DNA of 64,000 nt from a plasmid. Shown one piece after another: positions 9,215 to 19,506 of this stretch. The stretch lies in sequence record NZ_AP019725.1; one strand, given 5' to 3'. The position numbers were made by a program, and so were the translations under genes. The notes below the pieces were generated by a model. The model saw only the letters and a list, made by a program, of their open reading frames with translations. It was not told where the DNA came from and made no database searches. Every line of letters begins with the position of its first letter. The first letter of the stretch is position 1.

Positions 9215-10842
9215 GTTTGATTTTTATTGAATGTTTGTTTCTTTCTGCATGTTTGATTTTTCTTATGGGCATTAATCCATTTGTAAAAAAATGGAAAAAT
9301 CTTGTATTGTATGCTTGTGGAGGTTTTTTTCTTACTTTGATAGTTTCGTACGTATTTCTCTGTTTTTTTGAGGTTCAATTATCCTTTTATTTGATTGCTG
9401 TTTTTTCATTATTTTTTGTTGCCAAATATTTGCTCAATGAATCTGGTGTCGAGAAAGCCAAGCCTAGAAAAGACGAAGATACATTTATTCTTGGCAGCGA
9501 AAGCGGTCAGCTTGAATTCTATTATCCACGTGATAATTTCATGGTTTTGGGGGGTGCCGGTTCCGGTAAGACTGCCTCGATAGGTAAGCCCATTCTTGAA
9601 CAGTATATACGTTATGGATGGGCAGGATTCATCTATGATTATAAAGATTATGATTATACGAAGACAGCTTGGAACCTGGTGCAGAAGTATAAATATCCTT
9701 ATAAGTTCTATTATATAAGTTTCACGGATATGTCACGTACATATAGGTTTAATATTCTTAATAAAAATGTGATTCGTAATGAAACGATGCTCTTCCAGGC
9801 GATGACAGACTTCTTTAATGCAATGAAACCTGAGAAAGGTAATACTGATGAATGGTTTCAGGCTGCGCTTGGATTACTTTGTGGTGTGGCGGTGAGATTC
9901 TATAAATTTCAGGGTGATTACGAGAAGTATTGCACCCTTCCGCATATTCTCAATTTCATCCTGATGGCCACACCGGAACAATTGACGCGTTTTCTGGAGG
10001 GGGATATGATGTCTAAGATGAAAGCTGGTGCGTTTCTTGGCTCCAAGGGCAGTGAACGTACCCAAAGTTCTGTGATATTTTCCATCAATAACTATATCAG
10101 TAATTTAGCTACTAACAAGAACGTATGTTATGTCCTTTCTGGTAATGATTTTATCTATGACTTGATAGATCCGGAAGATCCGAAGCTCTTTGCTGTTTCA
10201 AATAACTTTGCGATTGAGAGTATGATTTCTCCTATTGTAGCGATGTTAGTTCCCCTTGCTGCACGTCGGATTGAGTTTGGTAATCGTGTGAAATTCGCAT
10301 TTGTTCTTGATGAAATGACTACCGTTAAAGTGAATGACTTCCAATCTTTGCCATCGGTCTTGAGAGAATATGGCGTTTCATTTCTTGTATTGACACAATC
10401 CGGTACGAAATTCGATAAATTGTATGGTAAGGAGGATAGGGTTTCCATTATGGCCAATTTTGCTAATTTATTCCTGGGGAAAACAAAAGATGTGGAAGCA
10501 TTGAAGTATTATCCCTTGTTTTTTGGAAAGGAGGAGAAGGAAAAGAAAAGTATTTCCGCGGGGTCCAGTTCCGGTCGATACAATAGTAGTGTTACCAGGA
10601 GCAAACAGAAGGAGGAAATTTATGATAGCAATAAATTTGCTGAATTGCAGAAAGGAGAATTTATACTTTCTGCAGGGGAGTCTAATGTAAGCCGAATAAA
10701 AACACGGTTTGAAAAGTTTTCACTGGATGAAAAACCGTTACCGATAGTGAAGTTAACAACTGACAGGGAGGTGGAACAGAATTATCGACAGATTGGAATT
10801 GACTGTGAGAAGCTTTTGAATGAGCTTTGCCCGCTCCAATGA
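9211..10842 (+). CDS. mobC: type IV coupling protein (MobC/TraG-TraD family)
   Basis: N-terminal transmembrane helices are followed by a Walker A motif (LGGAGSGKTASIG). Size and position match a T4CP. Confidence 0.8.
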   Translation: MSLIFIECLFLSACLIFLMGINPFVKKWKNLVLYACGGFFLTLIVSYVFLCFFEVQLSFYLIAVFSLFFVAKYLLNESGVEKAKPRKDEDTFILGSESGQLEFYYPRDNFMVLGGAGSGKTASIGKPILEQYIRYGWAGFIYDYKDYDYTKTAWNLVQKYKYPYKFYYISFTDMSRTYRFNILNKNVIRNETMLFQAMTDFFNAMKPEKGNTDEWFQAALGLLCGVAVRFYKFQGDYEKYCTLPHILNFILMATPEQLTRFLEGDMMSKMKAGAFLGSKGSERTQSSVIFSINNYISNLATNKNVCYVLSGNDFIYDLIDPEDPKLFAVSNNFAIESMISPIVAMLVPLAARRIEFGNRVKFAFVLDEMTTVKVNDFQSLPSVLREYGVSFLVLTQSGTKFDKLYGKEDRVSIMANFANLFLGKTKDVEALKYYPLFFGKEEKEKKSISAGSSSGRYNSSVTRSKQKEEIYDSNKFAELQKGEFILSAGESNVSRIKTRFEKFSLDEKPLPIVKLTTDREVEQNYRQIGIDCEKLLNELCPLQ

Positions 10843-11065
10843 CATATTTTTATCTCCAATGGTGTGAATTAAGGTATTAAAGAATCATTTTGACTGTATT
10901 GTTCTATTTTTTGACTATATTGTTGTATGATAATATATTTTAAATGGCTATTTTTATAAACAATCGGTGAAATTGCTTTGATGACAAGGTGGGATTTATT
11001 ACGAATTCATGCCCTGATTGTGTGTGAAGGATATCACTATATAATCTTTATTAAATTTAATGCCT

Positions 11066-12490
11066 ATGAAAAAGTATTTATTGTTTGTGTGGATTGCTGT
11101 AGTTTTTTGTTCTTGTAATGAAGATAACTTTGATATTTCCCCTATGGAAGCAGATGCTACTTGTGCTAACATTATTGATGATGAACACTTTGTGTCAGTT
11201 AGTCAAGCCTCTAAAGTGGGTTCCTTGTTTCTAAATAACAATGGAAATGGGAATTGCGTGCACACAAGAAACAGTTCTGTTGTTCCTGAAGCAACTTCTG
11301 ATAAGACTGCTAAAGAAATAAGAACTATTTACAATAAAAATGGTGTGCCTTGTATGTATGTAATTAACTATGAAAGTGGTGGATTTGTAATAGTAAGCGC
11401 TACTAAGAATTACTATCCGATTCTTGCATATTCTGAAACCGGTTCAATGAATGTAGAAGAAGCTATGAAGACAGGATTTTCTGTTTGGTCGGAAAAAACA
11501 ATACAAAAAATTGTGGAAAGTAGTTCTTGGGATGGAGATTCCCAAGCAGAGTTTCAGAGAATGTGGGTTGCTTATGATAAACAAGAAGTAGAAGTTGCCC
11601 CTCTTGATGCTTTAAATGATGGAGTGTTATTTCGTCAACGTATGAATGAATTATATGAACTGTGTCCAGGATATTCTTTCGGCCCGTTGACCAGTGCTCG
11701 TTCTTTCCTTTCTCAATCAGAATATGATAGTTATGTTGAGAAGGCTGAACTTTACGGTTCTCCACTTGAATTTACGATTGTAGGCTATAAACGAGATCCC
11801 CATGAAAGGGTTGGGCCGTTAATTAATACTGTATGGAGTCAAAAAAGTCCTTTTAACGGGTTATGTCCCCAAAATTGTCTTGCAGGTTGTGTTGCTATTG
11901 CTGTGGCCCAAATCATGAGATACCATGAATGGCCTGCTACTTATAATTGGAGTGACATGCCCAATACAACAGCAACAATAGCTACTCAAACATTGATAGC
12001 AGATGTAGGTAAGGCTGTGGATATGGAATATGGTGAATCGGCATCTAAATCCTCTATTGGTAAAGCTGCACTTGGCTTTTGGGCTAAAGGATATAATGTG
12101 GAGCTAAAGGAACATAAATCTTGGGAAGTAGAAGATGAAATATTTATCAATCATCGTCCGGTATATATGCGGGGAAATCAGAAGGAATTTATGGGTTTTA
12201 GTTGGGATGGACATGCCTGGGTGTGTGAAGGAGCTGAGAGGTGGAATACAGGTGCAAACTATTTTGTGGAGTATCTTGTAAATCGCTCTACCAATCCGAG
12301 CTATTCAAGTTGTGGACTTCCTGCATACTGGGCTCCACAAAGGTCTTCCGGTTCTGGTTATCTTTTGTTTTATATGAATTGGGGATGGGGAGGAGAAGCT
12401 AATGCATGGTATAATTTTAGTGATGTAGATTCAGGATATGGAAATTTTGAATATGATAGACAGAATTTATATGTTTATCCTAAAAAATGA
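11066..12490 (+). CDS. C10 family (streptopain/SpeB-like) cysteine peptidase lipoprotein
   Basis: Lipoprotein signal (LLFVWIAVVFCSC) and a catalytic-Cys region (VWSQKSPFNGLCPQNCLAGCVAIAVAQIMRYHEWP) typical of the C10 family. Confidence 0.8.
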   Translation: MKKYLLFVWIAVVFCSCNEDNFDISPMEADATCANIIDDEHFVSVSQASKVGSLFLNNNGNGNCVHTRNSSVVPEATSDKTAKEIRTIYNKNGVPCMYVINYESGGFVIVSATKNYYPILAYSETGSMNVEEAMKTGFSVWSEKTIQKIVESSSWDGDSQAEFQRMWVAYDKQEVEVAPLDALNDGVLFRQRMNELYELCPGYSFGPLTSARSFLSQSEYDSYVEKAELYGSPLEFTIVGYKRDPHERVGPLINTVWSQKSPFNGLCPQNCLAGCVAIAVAQIMRYHEWPATYNWSDMPNTTATIATQTLIADVGKAVDMEYGESASKSSIGKAALGFWAKGYNVELKEHKSWEVEDEIFINHRPVYMRGNQKEFMGFSWDGHAWVCEGAERWNTGANYFVEYLVNRSTNPSYSSCGLPAYWAPQRSSGSGYLLFYMNWGWGGEANAWYNFSDVDSGYGNFEYDRQNLYVYPKK

Positions 12491-12496
12491 TACGTT

Positions 12497-13030
12497 ATGA
12501 AACATACATATTTTACTTTGTTTTTTTGTTTGTTATCTTTATTGCTTGGTAGTTGTGACAAAAATGTGGATGATTTCTATCCTCCTTATAACTATAATTA
12601 TTATATAGCTTTTGTTGATGAATCAGGTAAGGATTTGTTGGAGGGGATATCGACTACTCTGAGTGATACAAAGCTTCCTATTCTGGAGAAAGGTACTTAT
12701 TCTTATGTTTTTATTCCTCCTAATTCTAAAGACCAGTTCACGTTTTCTGGGATTATAGAGTTAGAAAATGTGAAGGGTCATAATGCTTTAGGTATTCATT
12801 TAGGAATGGCAGACTGGCATCTTCACAAAAAGCCCGAAGTGATTACTCATAATTTTGCTTCTTCTTTTATTTTTGGAGATGACGAGATGCATGAGTTGGT
12901 CTCTTATTGGAAATTCGATAGTATGTATAAGAAGGCTGATCTTGTTCGTGTTACTATAGATAATGTGGATGCGCGCATTGAAATGGACACATATAAATTC
13001 CAATCATTGGCTATTTTAACGTTGAAATAG
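12497..13030 (+). CDS. lipoprotein, possible cognate staphostatin-like inhibitor of the upstream C10 protease
   Basis: Signal with lipobox (LLLGSCD), 177 aa, and only 6 nt downstream of the protease. The inhibitor role is inferred by analogy with B. fragilis bfp/bfi pairs. Confidence 0.5.
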   Translation: MKHTYFTLFFCLLSLLLGSCDKNVDDFYPPYNYNYYIAFVDESGKDLLEGISTTLSDTKLPILEKGTYSYVFIPPNSKDQFTFSGIIELENVKGHNALGIHLGMADWHLHKKPEVITHNFASSFIFGDDEMHELVSYWKFDSMYKKADLVRVTIDNVDARIEMDTYKFQSLAILTLK

Positions 13031-13105
13031 TAATAGCATTGCTGATGATTTAATATTGTTTCCTTTTAAAGTCGTGCATAACAACATATAGTTTGTACCA
13101 ATTAA

Positions 13106-13157
13106 CATAGTGTATTGAAATAAATCTAAAACTCGTTTTCAATACACTATGTTTTTT
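13106..13157 (+). terminator. rho-independent terminator (16-bp perfect stem ACATAGTGTATTGAAA / TTTCAATACACTATGT plus T-tract)
   Basis: Read directly in the sequence after the lipoprotein gene. Confidence 0.65.
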
Positions 13158-13193
13158 GTATTGAAATAATTCTTTGAATAAATTTCGTATTTT

Positions 13194-13508
13194 ATGCTCC
13201 ATAAAGACATAGATATGGAACATCAAGGAGAAATCATATTATATCAGCCGGACGAAGCCGTTAAGCTGGAAGTACGTTTGGAAGATGAAACAGTCTGGCT
13301 GACACAAGCACAAATAGCTGAATTATTTGGGACTGAAGTTCCAGCTATTTCTAAACATATACGCAATATTATTCGAAATGGAGAATTAGAGAAGGAAGCA
13401 ACTGTTTCCAAAATGGAAATAGTTCGTTTAGAAGGTTCTCGAAAGGTTAAACGTGTTATTGATATTTATAACCTTGATATGATACGGGAATTCTCGCTTA
13501 ATTCTTAA
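13194..13508 (+). pseudogene. RhuM-family virulence protein, N-terminal fragment (truncated paralog of 32796..33656)
   Basis: 104 aa (GEIILYQPDEAVKLEVRLEDETVWLTQAQIAELFG...) closely match the first ~100 aa of the full 286-aa RhuM at 32796..33656. The C-terminal ~180 aa are absent. Confidence 0.6.
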
Positions 13509-13600
13509 AGAAATCGGGTGTTTCCTCTTTTATATTTGAACGAACATGATTATCTTTGTGAAAGATAATCTTTCTCACTTATAATATAAAACTCATATAA

Positions 13601-15004
13601 ATGAAATTCAACCAGTTCATAGACAGACAAGACTCTTTGGAAAGACTACAAAATGCGTTTTTAAGAGAAACGCCCCAATTTCTTGTTATATACGGTAGAA
13701 GACGCATCGGTAAATCCACGCTCATCAAGGAGATAATGAAAGACGATGATGTCTATTTTCTGAGTGACCAGACTAATGAGACCAACCAGCGTGCCTTGTT
13801 CGCCAAGACCATTGCTTACTGCATCCCCCGGTTTGATAAAATGATTTATCCTGACTGGGAAACGCTGCTATTGGAGTTGAATGACAAGCTAACCCGGCGT
13901 ATAACCGTTTGTCTGGACGAATTCCCGTACATGGTCAAGAGCTGTACTTCCTTGCCATCGGTCATCCAAAAGCTACTTAATGGGAAAACACTCAAATATG
14001 ACTTGATTATTTGCGGTTCTTCCCAACAACTCATGCAAGGATATGTACTGGATAAAAGAGAACCCTTGTATGGCTTGGCCGATGAGATTGTCAAATTAGA
14101 GCCAATCCCCGTATCCTACATCAGCCAAGCGTTGGAAGTGGATAGAATCTCCGCAGTGGAAGAATACTCCATTTGGGGAGGGATACCCAGATACTGGGAA
14201 CTGAGAGCCGATTATTCGGACATGAACACCGCCATCCGAAAATTGATTTTAGATACCAAAGGGATATTGGCTGAAGAGCCCCAAAGACTTCTTCGTGATG
14301 ACCTGCGAGATACAGTACAGACCTCTACCATCTTATCCATCATTGGGAACGGCGTCAACCGCATTACCGAAATTGCATCAAGAGCAGGGAAGGATGCGAA
14401 TCAAATTTCCGAACCACTAAGCAAATTACGTGAGTTAGGATACGTCAGGCGTGAGATACCTTTCGGCGAGAGTGAGAAAAAAAGCAAGAAAGGCATTTAT
14501 CGCATCAATGACAATATGTTGCAGTTTTACTACCGATTCGTCGCACCGTACCATTCTATCCTCGAACTGGGACGTATCGACACCGTCATGCGCCTGATAG
14601 AGACACAATTCAGCCTATATGTAGGTGACTGTTGGGAACACTTGTGCCGACAATATGTAAGCGGTAACGAAATAGACGGTATCATCTACAACATGGCTTC
14701 CAGGTGGTGGGGGAAGATATTCCCCAATGACAACAAAGAGGGAACGATGATAGAACTAGATATCGTAGCAGAATCCTTCGACAAGAAACATATTCTTATC
14801 GGAGAATGTAAGTGGACGAACGGAGAAGATGCACAACGATTGGCTCACTCTTTATCAGAAAAAGCACAAAGCCTCCCATTCGTCAAAAGGGGGCAGCAGG
14901 TGCATCTCGTCCTTTTCCTGAAAAGGACACCCGAACATCCGGAAGCAGCTAGGTATTTCCTGCCGGAGAATATTGTGAGCTCTCATGCCTTTAGGCGTGA
15001 GTAG
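13601..15004 (+). CDS. ATP-binding protein (AAA/Arch_ATPase plus DUF234-type)
   Basis: Walker A motif (YGRRRIGKSTLIKE). Paralog of 24077..25414. Confidence 0.75.
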   Translation: MKFNQFIDRQDSLERLQNAFLRETPQFLVIYGRRRIGKSTLIKEIMKDDDVYFLSDQTNETNQRALFAKTIAYCIPRFDKMIYPDWETLLLELNDKLTRRITVCLDEFPYMVKSCTSLPSVIQKLLNGKTLKYDLIICGSSQQLMQGYVLDKREPLYGLADEIVKLEPIPVSYISQALEVDRISAVEEYSIWGGIPRYWELRADYSDMNTAIRKLILDTKGILAEEPQRLLRDDLRDTVQTSTILSIIGNGVNRITEIASRAGKDANQISEPLSKLRELGYVRREIPFGESEKKSKKGIYRINDNMLQFYYRFVAPYHSILELGRIDTVMRLIETQFSLYVGDCWEHLCRQYVSGNEIDGIIYNMASRWWGKIFPNDNKEGTMIELDIVAESFDKKHILIGECKWTNGEDAQRLAHSLSEKAQSLPFVKRGQQVHLVLFLKRTPEHPEAARYFLPENIVSSHAFRRE

Positions 15005-15042
15005 CTCACAACAATAGATAAGGAAGAACAAAAACAAAAGAC

Positions 15043-15693
15043 ATGAATGTGGTTATTTATTCACGTGTAAGCTCACAATCTGCCAGGCAATCGACCGAGC
15101 GGCAGATTGTTGATTTGGAAAGATTTGCAACCGGACGGGGAGACAAGGTGGTTGCGGTCTTTGAAGAAAAGGTAAGCGGACGAAAGGCCAATGTAGATCG
15201 CCCGGTATTAAGCCGTTGTTTGGAATACTGCATAGATTCGCAGAACCAGGTGGATATGTTACTTCTGGCCGAGATTTCACGCTTGGGACGTTCCACCTTG
15301 GAAATTTTAAAGGCACTTGATATACTGCATACACATAAGGTATGCGTGTACATCCAAAATTTGAATTTGGAAACATTACGGCCTGACAAGACAGTAAATC
15401 CTTTGTCTTCGCTGGTAACTACTTTGTTAGGGGAACTTGCAGCCATGGAACGCCAGGGAATCATCGATCGCCTCAATAGCGGACGGGAGTTGTATATTGA
15501 GAAAGGGGGGAGGTTGGGACGGAGACCGGGAAGCAAAAAAAACTTGGAACAGAAAAGAGAAGAATACAAAGAGGCTATTTCTCTATTGAGGAAAGGATAT
15601 TCTATCCGGAATGTTGCTAAGCTGACAAATAAATCTGTTTCAACCATTCTAAGTGTAAAAAAGGAGTTTGGCATTGAAAATAGACTAAAATGA
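15043..15693 (+). CDS. small serine recombinase (resolvase/invertase family) with C-terminal HTH
   Basis: N-terminus MNVVIYSRVSSQSARQSTERQ carries the catalytic serine motif. The 216-aa length and C-terminal HTH fit a resolvase/invertase. Confidence 0.85.
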   Translation: MNVVIYSRVSSQSARQSTERQIVDLERFATGRGDKVVAVFEEKVSGRKANVDRPVLSRCLEYCIDSQNQVDMLLLAEISRLGRSTLEILKALDILHTHKVCVYIQNLNLETLRPDKTVNPLSSLVTTLLGELAAMERQGIIDRLNSGRELYIEKGGRLGRRPGSKKNLEQKREEYKEAISLLRKGYSIRNVAKLTNKSVSTILSVKKEFGIENRLK

Positions 15694-15711
15694 GGATTAC
15701 TAAAATTAAAA

Positions 15712-16539
15712 TTGATTGATATGAAAATATATCATTATACAAATATAGAAGCTTTGGCACTCATTCTAAAGAATCAAACAATTCGATTCAACCGTTTGGA
15801 CAAAGTAGATGATATAGAAGAAGGCAATGCAGAATCGTGGGGAGTGAAATTCTGCAAATATGTTTTTGTTTCTTGTTGGACAGACAAGAAAGAAGAAAAT
15901 ATTCCTCTATGGAAAATGTATAGCGGCAATACTGGAGGAATAAGAATTGCACTTGAACAAGAAATGTTTAAAGAGTATTTGATTTCCGATTTAAAAATTG
16001 AAAGTTTACAATCCGAAGGAAGTATGATTTCTAAAATATCGCCTCAGGATATGATAAACCCTAATTTCTTTATTATTCCTATACAAGATTATGAGAATGA
16101 TTTATTTTATAGGCATATAAAATATGTGGATGATATTTTCCCTTTTACAAAGGATGCCATTCAAGTAAATAATATCCAAGGGAATAGGGGAGATATAATT
16201 GTGGACATGAAACCTTTTGGTTATTACAAAAATAATCGTTGGAAGTTTCAAGATGAAGTTAGATTCGTTCTCTATGTTTTTCCAATAAATCCTTTGTTGG
16301 AAAGTTCTAATCCTAAAATGAACTCTATTGTAGTTCAAAGTCTTCTAAATAATAAATCTTTACCATTTGATTATTATGACATGAAATTAAAGGATGATGC
16401 TTTTAAGAATTTGGAAATAACATTAAGCCCCTCTGCAACAGAATCTCAAGAAACGATTGTTCGGGCATTGGTTGACAAATATGCGCCTAAGGCAAAAATT
16501 AAAGAAAGTTCTTTAGGAAAAGTTGTTCGCTTAAAGTGA
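15712..16539 (+). CDS. DUF2971-like protein
   Basis: N-terminal IYHYTNIEALALILKNQTIRFNRLDKVDD resembles the DUF2971 signature. It lies immediately downstream of the serine recombinase. Confidence 0.45.
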   Translation: MIDMKIYHYTNIEALALILKNQTIRFNRLDKVDDIEEGNAESWGVKFCKYVFVSCWTDKKEENIPLWKMYSGNTGGIRIALEQEMFKEYLISDLKIESLQSEGSMISKISPQDMINPNFFIIPIQDYENDLFYRHIKYVDDIFPFTKDAIQVNNIQGNRGDIIVDMKPFGYYKNNRWKFQDEVRFVLYVFPINPLLESSNPKMNSIVVQSLLNNKSLPFDYYDMKLKDDAFKNLEITLSPSATESQETIVRALVDKYAPKAKIKESSLGKVVRLK

Positions 16540-16683
16540 GGGAAATGAGAAGTATGCCAACGGAAAACGAATTTTCAAGGATACATCGTTTATTTCTGAT
16601 TCTGAGAAACAAGGTCAGCCGGTTTTCTAAGCAAGAGAGATTCTCATAGGGAAAAGTAAACACAGCGATATGCATCAAAAATA

Positions 16684-16732
16684 GACACCAATCAGAAAAT
16701 ACAAAGTTGCTTGTTTTAATGATTGGTGTCTG
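16684..16732. terminator. bidirectional terminator hairpin (12-bp perfect stem AGACACCAATCA / TGATTGGTGTCT)
   Basis: Lies between the convergent genes 15712..16539 (+) and 16753..18369 (-). Confidence 0.6.
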
Positions 16733-16752
16733 GAACTGGTTTGGGAGTTATA

Positions 16753-18369
16753 CTATATACCATGTTCTAAATCAAGACTCTTTTTTTTTGAAGTTGAAGG
16801 TTTGATATTCCATCCGGAAGTCAATGTCACTTTCTCAAAATTCTTTTCTACACTACCTTTTGTGTAAGTTAGGATGCCCTTTTCCAGGAAATTTTTGAAA
16901 TCAGATGATTTCATGTCTCTGAAAATGTTTATATATTCATTTTTAAGAAATTCATTTATGGCATGTGCTGATATTTTTTTTTGCGTGCATTTTTCTATAA
17001 CATATAAATTACTAGGTACCGGTACCATCGTGTTCAGCCCCATGAAGATATTACAGTCTACCATGAGAGTGTAAGCGCTACTCTCGGCAAGAGGTGCGGA
17101 AATGCAATAATTGGCTTGCTCAAGCAGGGAATCCACCAGCTCTTTTGTGGAAGAACTGATACTATTGGCCAATTGTTCATATCCTCTTAGATTCAGTTGG
17201 GATATGGTCTTTTCGATAGCCGGGATGAATTTCATTCCTGGACCCAGGTTCAAATCAAATCTTTTGTAATAGACAAGAAGTTCATTCCAATCTTTGTACC
17301 GTGGAGGTTTGATGATATTTACATTGTCTATACTATGTTGCTTAAGATACTCGCCGGAGGAAAATGTGTCTTCTTTGAAGGTCAGCGTGTTTCCATCCGG
17401 GAAACTCAAATAGATGGTCTTATATGTGTCTCCAGTGTTGGTTCTGGCAAAAGCTTTACATTCCTCACCTTTGAGATAATATGCTGTGGTGATATCAAAA
17501 CCATTACCGCTGGCATCATTATCATAGCAACAATTCCACTTTACCTTATCAGATGGGAATATACGGCTTATATTCTCTATTTGGGATTTGGTGACATATC
17601 CCCCCGTGCTTATGAATGCGCATGTGGTTTCTTTAGTATAATGGTTTAGCTCGTAGAAACTCATTGCGTCAATAGCAGATTCAAAGAGATATATGTCTGT
17701 AACCTTGTCAAAAGGAACAAAATTGGCCATCCAACAGCTTTGGGCCTTGTCACCACCCGTGGCGAAGGCTTTATAATTGGTGTTGGTCTCTGCAAAATAG
17801 TTCCTCATTTCAAAGTTAAGGATTTCCATCCGGGAGGGTTTACGGAATGGAAAGCCGATATGATTGTTTTTCCCTACCTGGTAGATAAACAGTCTATTGG
17901 CAAAATCCTCCACAGTCTGTGGAGAGAGCCTCCTTTGGACGGTTAAATATGGATTATCCTTTTTGATAGGGCGGGGATTCCAATAATTCAAATTGAATTC
18001 CTTAATGTAGTTCTGGGTGTGGTCTTTTGTACGGCTTTGTACGTTGCTGGTGACAATTCTTTCGCCAGTCATATACCTTGAAAGAACTTCATTGACTCCT
18101 CTATATCCCTGTTGGGTGCAATAAGAGAACATATGCAATCTTTTAAGGACGAACTTGGTCAGCTCTCCCTTATCGTCAAAGCTGCCTTTCCTTGAGAAAT
18201 AGGTGTTCTTTTTAGGAAAGATGACTATTTCGTCTTCTGGATTTTTGAGGTTGCCAAGAACATAGGTCAAGTTCGTTGCTTGTCTGCCCGATATGCGTGT
18301 ATATCCGAGATCCTCTGCTATGTTTATGATTGATATTTTGGCCCTGCATTCATCGTAATCCATTTTCAT
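16753..18369 (-). CDS. DNA primase-like protein (CHC2-type N-terminus plus Toprim domain)
   Basis: N-terminal KISIINIAEDLGY and a Toprim-like LFESAIDAMSFYEL. Last gene of the ArdC operon. Confidence 0.6.
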   Translation of the reverse strand: MKMDYDECRAKISIINIAEDLGYTRISGRQATNLTYVLGNLKNPEDEIVIFPKKNTYFSRKGSFDDKGELTKFVLKRLHMFSYCTQQGYRGVNEVLSRYMTGERIVTSNVQSRTKDHTQNYIKEFNLNYWNPRPIKKDNPYLTVQRRLSPQTVEDFANRLFIYQVGKNNHIGFPFRKPSRMEILNFEMRNYFAETNTNYKAFATGGDKAQSCWMANFVPFDKVTDIYLFESAIDAMSFYELNHYTKETTCAFISTGGYVTKSQIENISRIFPSDKVKWNCCYDNDASGNGFDITTAYYLKGEECKAFARTNTGDTYKTIYLSFPDGNTLTFKEDTFSSGEYLKQHSIDNVNIIKPPRYKDWNELLVYYKRFDLNLGPGMKFIPAIEKTISQLNLRGYEQLANSISSSTKELVDSLLEQANYCISAPLAESSAYTLMVDCNIFMGLNTMVPVPSNLYVIEKCTQKKISAHAINEFLKNEYINIFRDMKSSDFKNFLEKGILTYTKGSVEKNFEKVTLTSGWNIKPSTSKKKSLDLEHGI

Positions 18370-18440
18370 ATCTTTTAAAATTTAAAATTACACATTTTTT
18401 TGAACTGATAGGGAAAAAAGGGAGAAAAACTTTTTTTATT

Positions 18441-19475
18441 CTATATTTCTGTTGACGAATCTGTAGAGTTGGCGATTTGTTTTGCAATGGATACCCCCCA
18501 CCCCGTCACCGTCTTATTCAGAGATACAAGACTATTTCCGCCGGACTTATTGGTCATTTCGACTTTGTGGCCGGACAGCAGTTTCTTGATTGTTTCCGGA
18601 GACTGCTTTTCCAGATTAATACTGCCTATGTTTAGAGGTTCTGTTTTACCGGTGGATTTATCTTTTATCTGGAAATCTGTAATCTGACTGACCGGTATAT
18701 TTCCTTTTTGGGTAATTGTTATATTTCCTTTTAGTTGCCTGCTGTCTGTTTTACATATGGAAACACCTTCAATTATGTATTTTGATTGGGCATTGTTACA
18801 AAAGTTGTCTATGGCTGATGCATATTGTGTCAGGGCTTGGGATATATCATCGTATCCCATTTGATGGTAGTTTTCTATTACTGTAAATAGTTCGTTCTTT
18901 TCTTCTTTTAACGGGTGTCTGGACATTATGTCAGAGAAACATGTTTTCAGACTGTTGTAGTCTCCTATTCGTTCCGGATAATTCGGATCGTCAGAAAAAA
19001 CGAAGTAGCTTATCTGATTGCTTTCTTTGCTATAATTAATGGCAAAATCATAGTTTCCGTTATTTCCTGTGATACCTATATAGTCTTTTTCCTTTAATAA
19101 AAGATACTTGCCATAAGATGTTGTATTCTCATAGGTTCTGGTAAATCCGTAATCTTTTAAGTGTTGTTCAAAATCTTTTATTTGAATAGGGAAATAGGCC
19201 TCTTCTTTCTCCTGAAGAATGTAGAACGCTTCTTTTTCACTTGTTGTCAGATCTGGGAGCTTGGTTGCTATAGAGTTTTCCAGTTGGTATGCTCTGAAAT
19301 TTTCCACTACATTTTCATGGAAATCTATCAAAAACTCCGGACTGCAACCGTTCTTCCTATAAATGTTTTCCGCTGCTTGCAGAATTTCTACAGCACAGCT
19401 GTCGCTTCCCTGGAAAACAATGGCTGGAATATCGTTTACCAGACATTTCTTCAGTAGTTCTTTTTGATCTTTCAT
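18441..19475 (-). CDS. fusion protein: small MKDQ-family domain plus central region plus shared C-terminal ~75-aa module
   Basis: The N-terminal 75 aa are homologous to 1692..1976 and 28468..28692. The C-terminal ...DKSTGKTEPLNIGSINLEKQSPETIKKLLSG... is shared with the next two genes. Confidence 0.6.
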   Translation of the reverse strand: MKDQKELLKKCLVNDIPAIVFQGSDSCAVEILQAAENIYRKNGCSPEFLIDFHENVVENFRAYQLENSIATKLPDLTTSEKEAFYILQEKEEAYFPIQIKDFEQHLKDYGFTRTYENTTSYGKYLLLKEKDYIGITGNNGNYDFAINYSKESNQISYFVFSDDPNYPERIGDYNSLKTCFSDIMSRHPLKEEKNELFTVIENYHQMGYDDISQALTQYASAIDNFCNNAQSKYIIEGVSICKTDSRQLKGNITITQKGNIPVSQITDFQIKDKSTGKTEPLNIGSINLEKQSPETIKKLLSGHKVEMTNKSGGNSLVSLNKTVTGWGVSIAKQIANSTDSSTEI

Positions 19476-19506
19476 TTTATATCTTCGTTTTTGTTGCCAG
19501 AATAAT

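Noticed and set aside
15053-15674. 107-aa and 205-aa minus-strand ORFs
   Set aside because: Antisense to the well-supported serine recombinase gene, and proline/arginine-rich junk composition.
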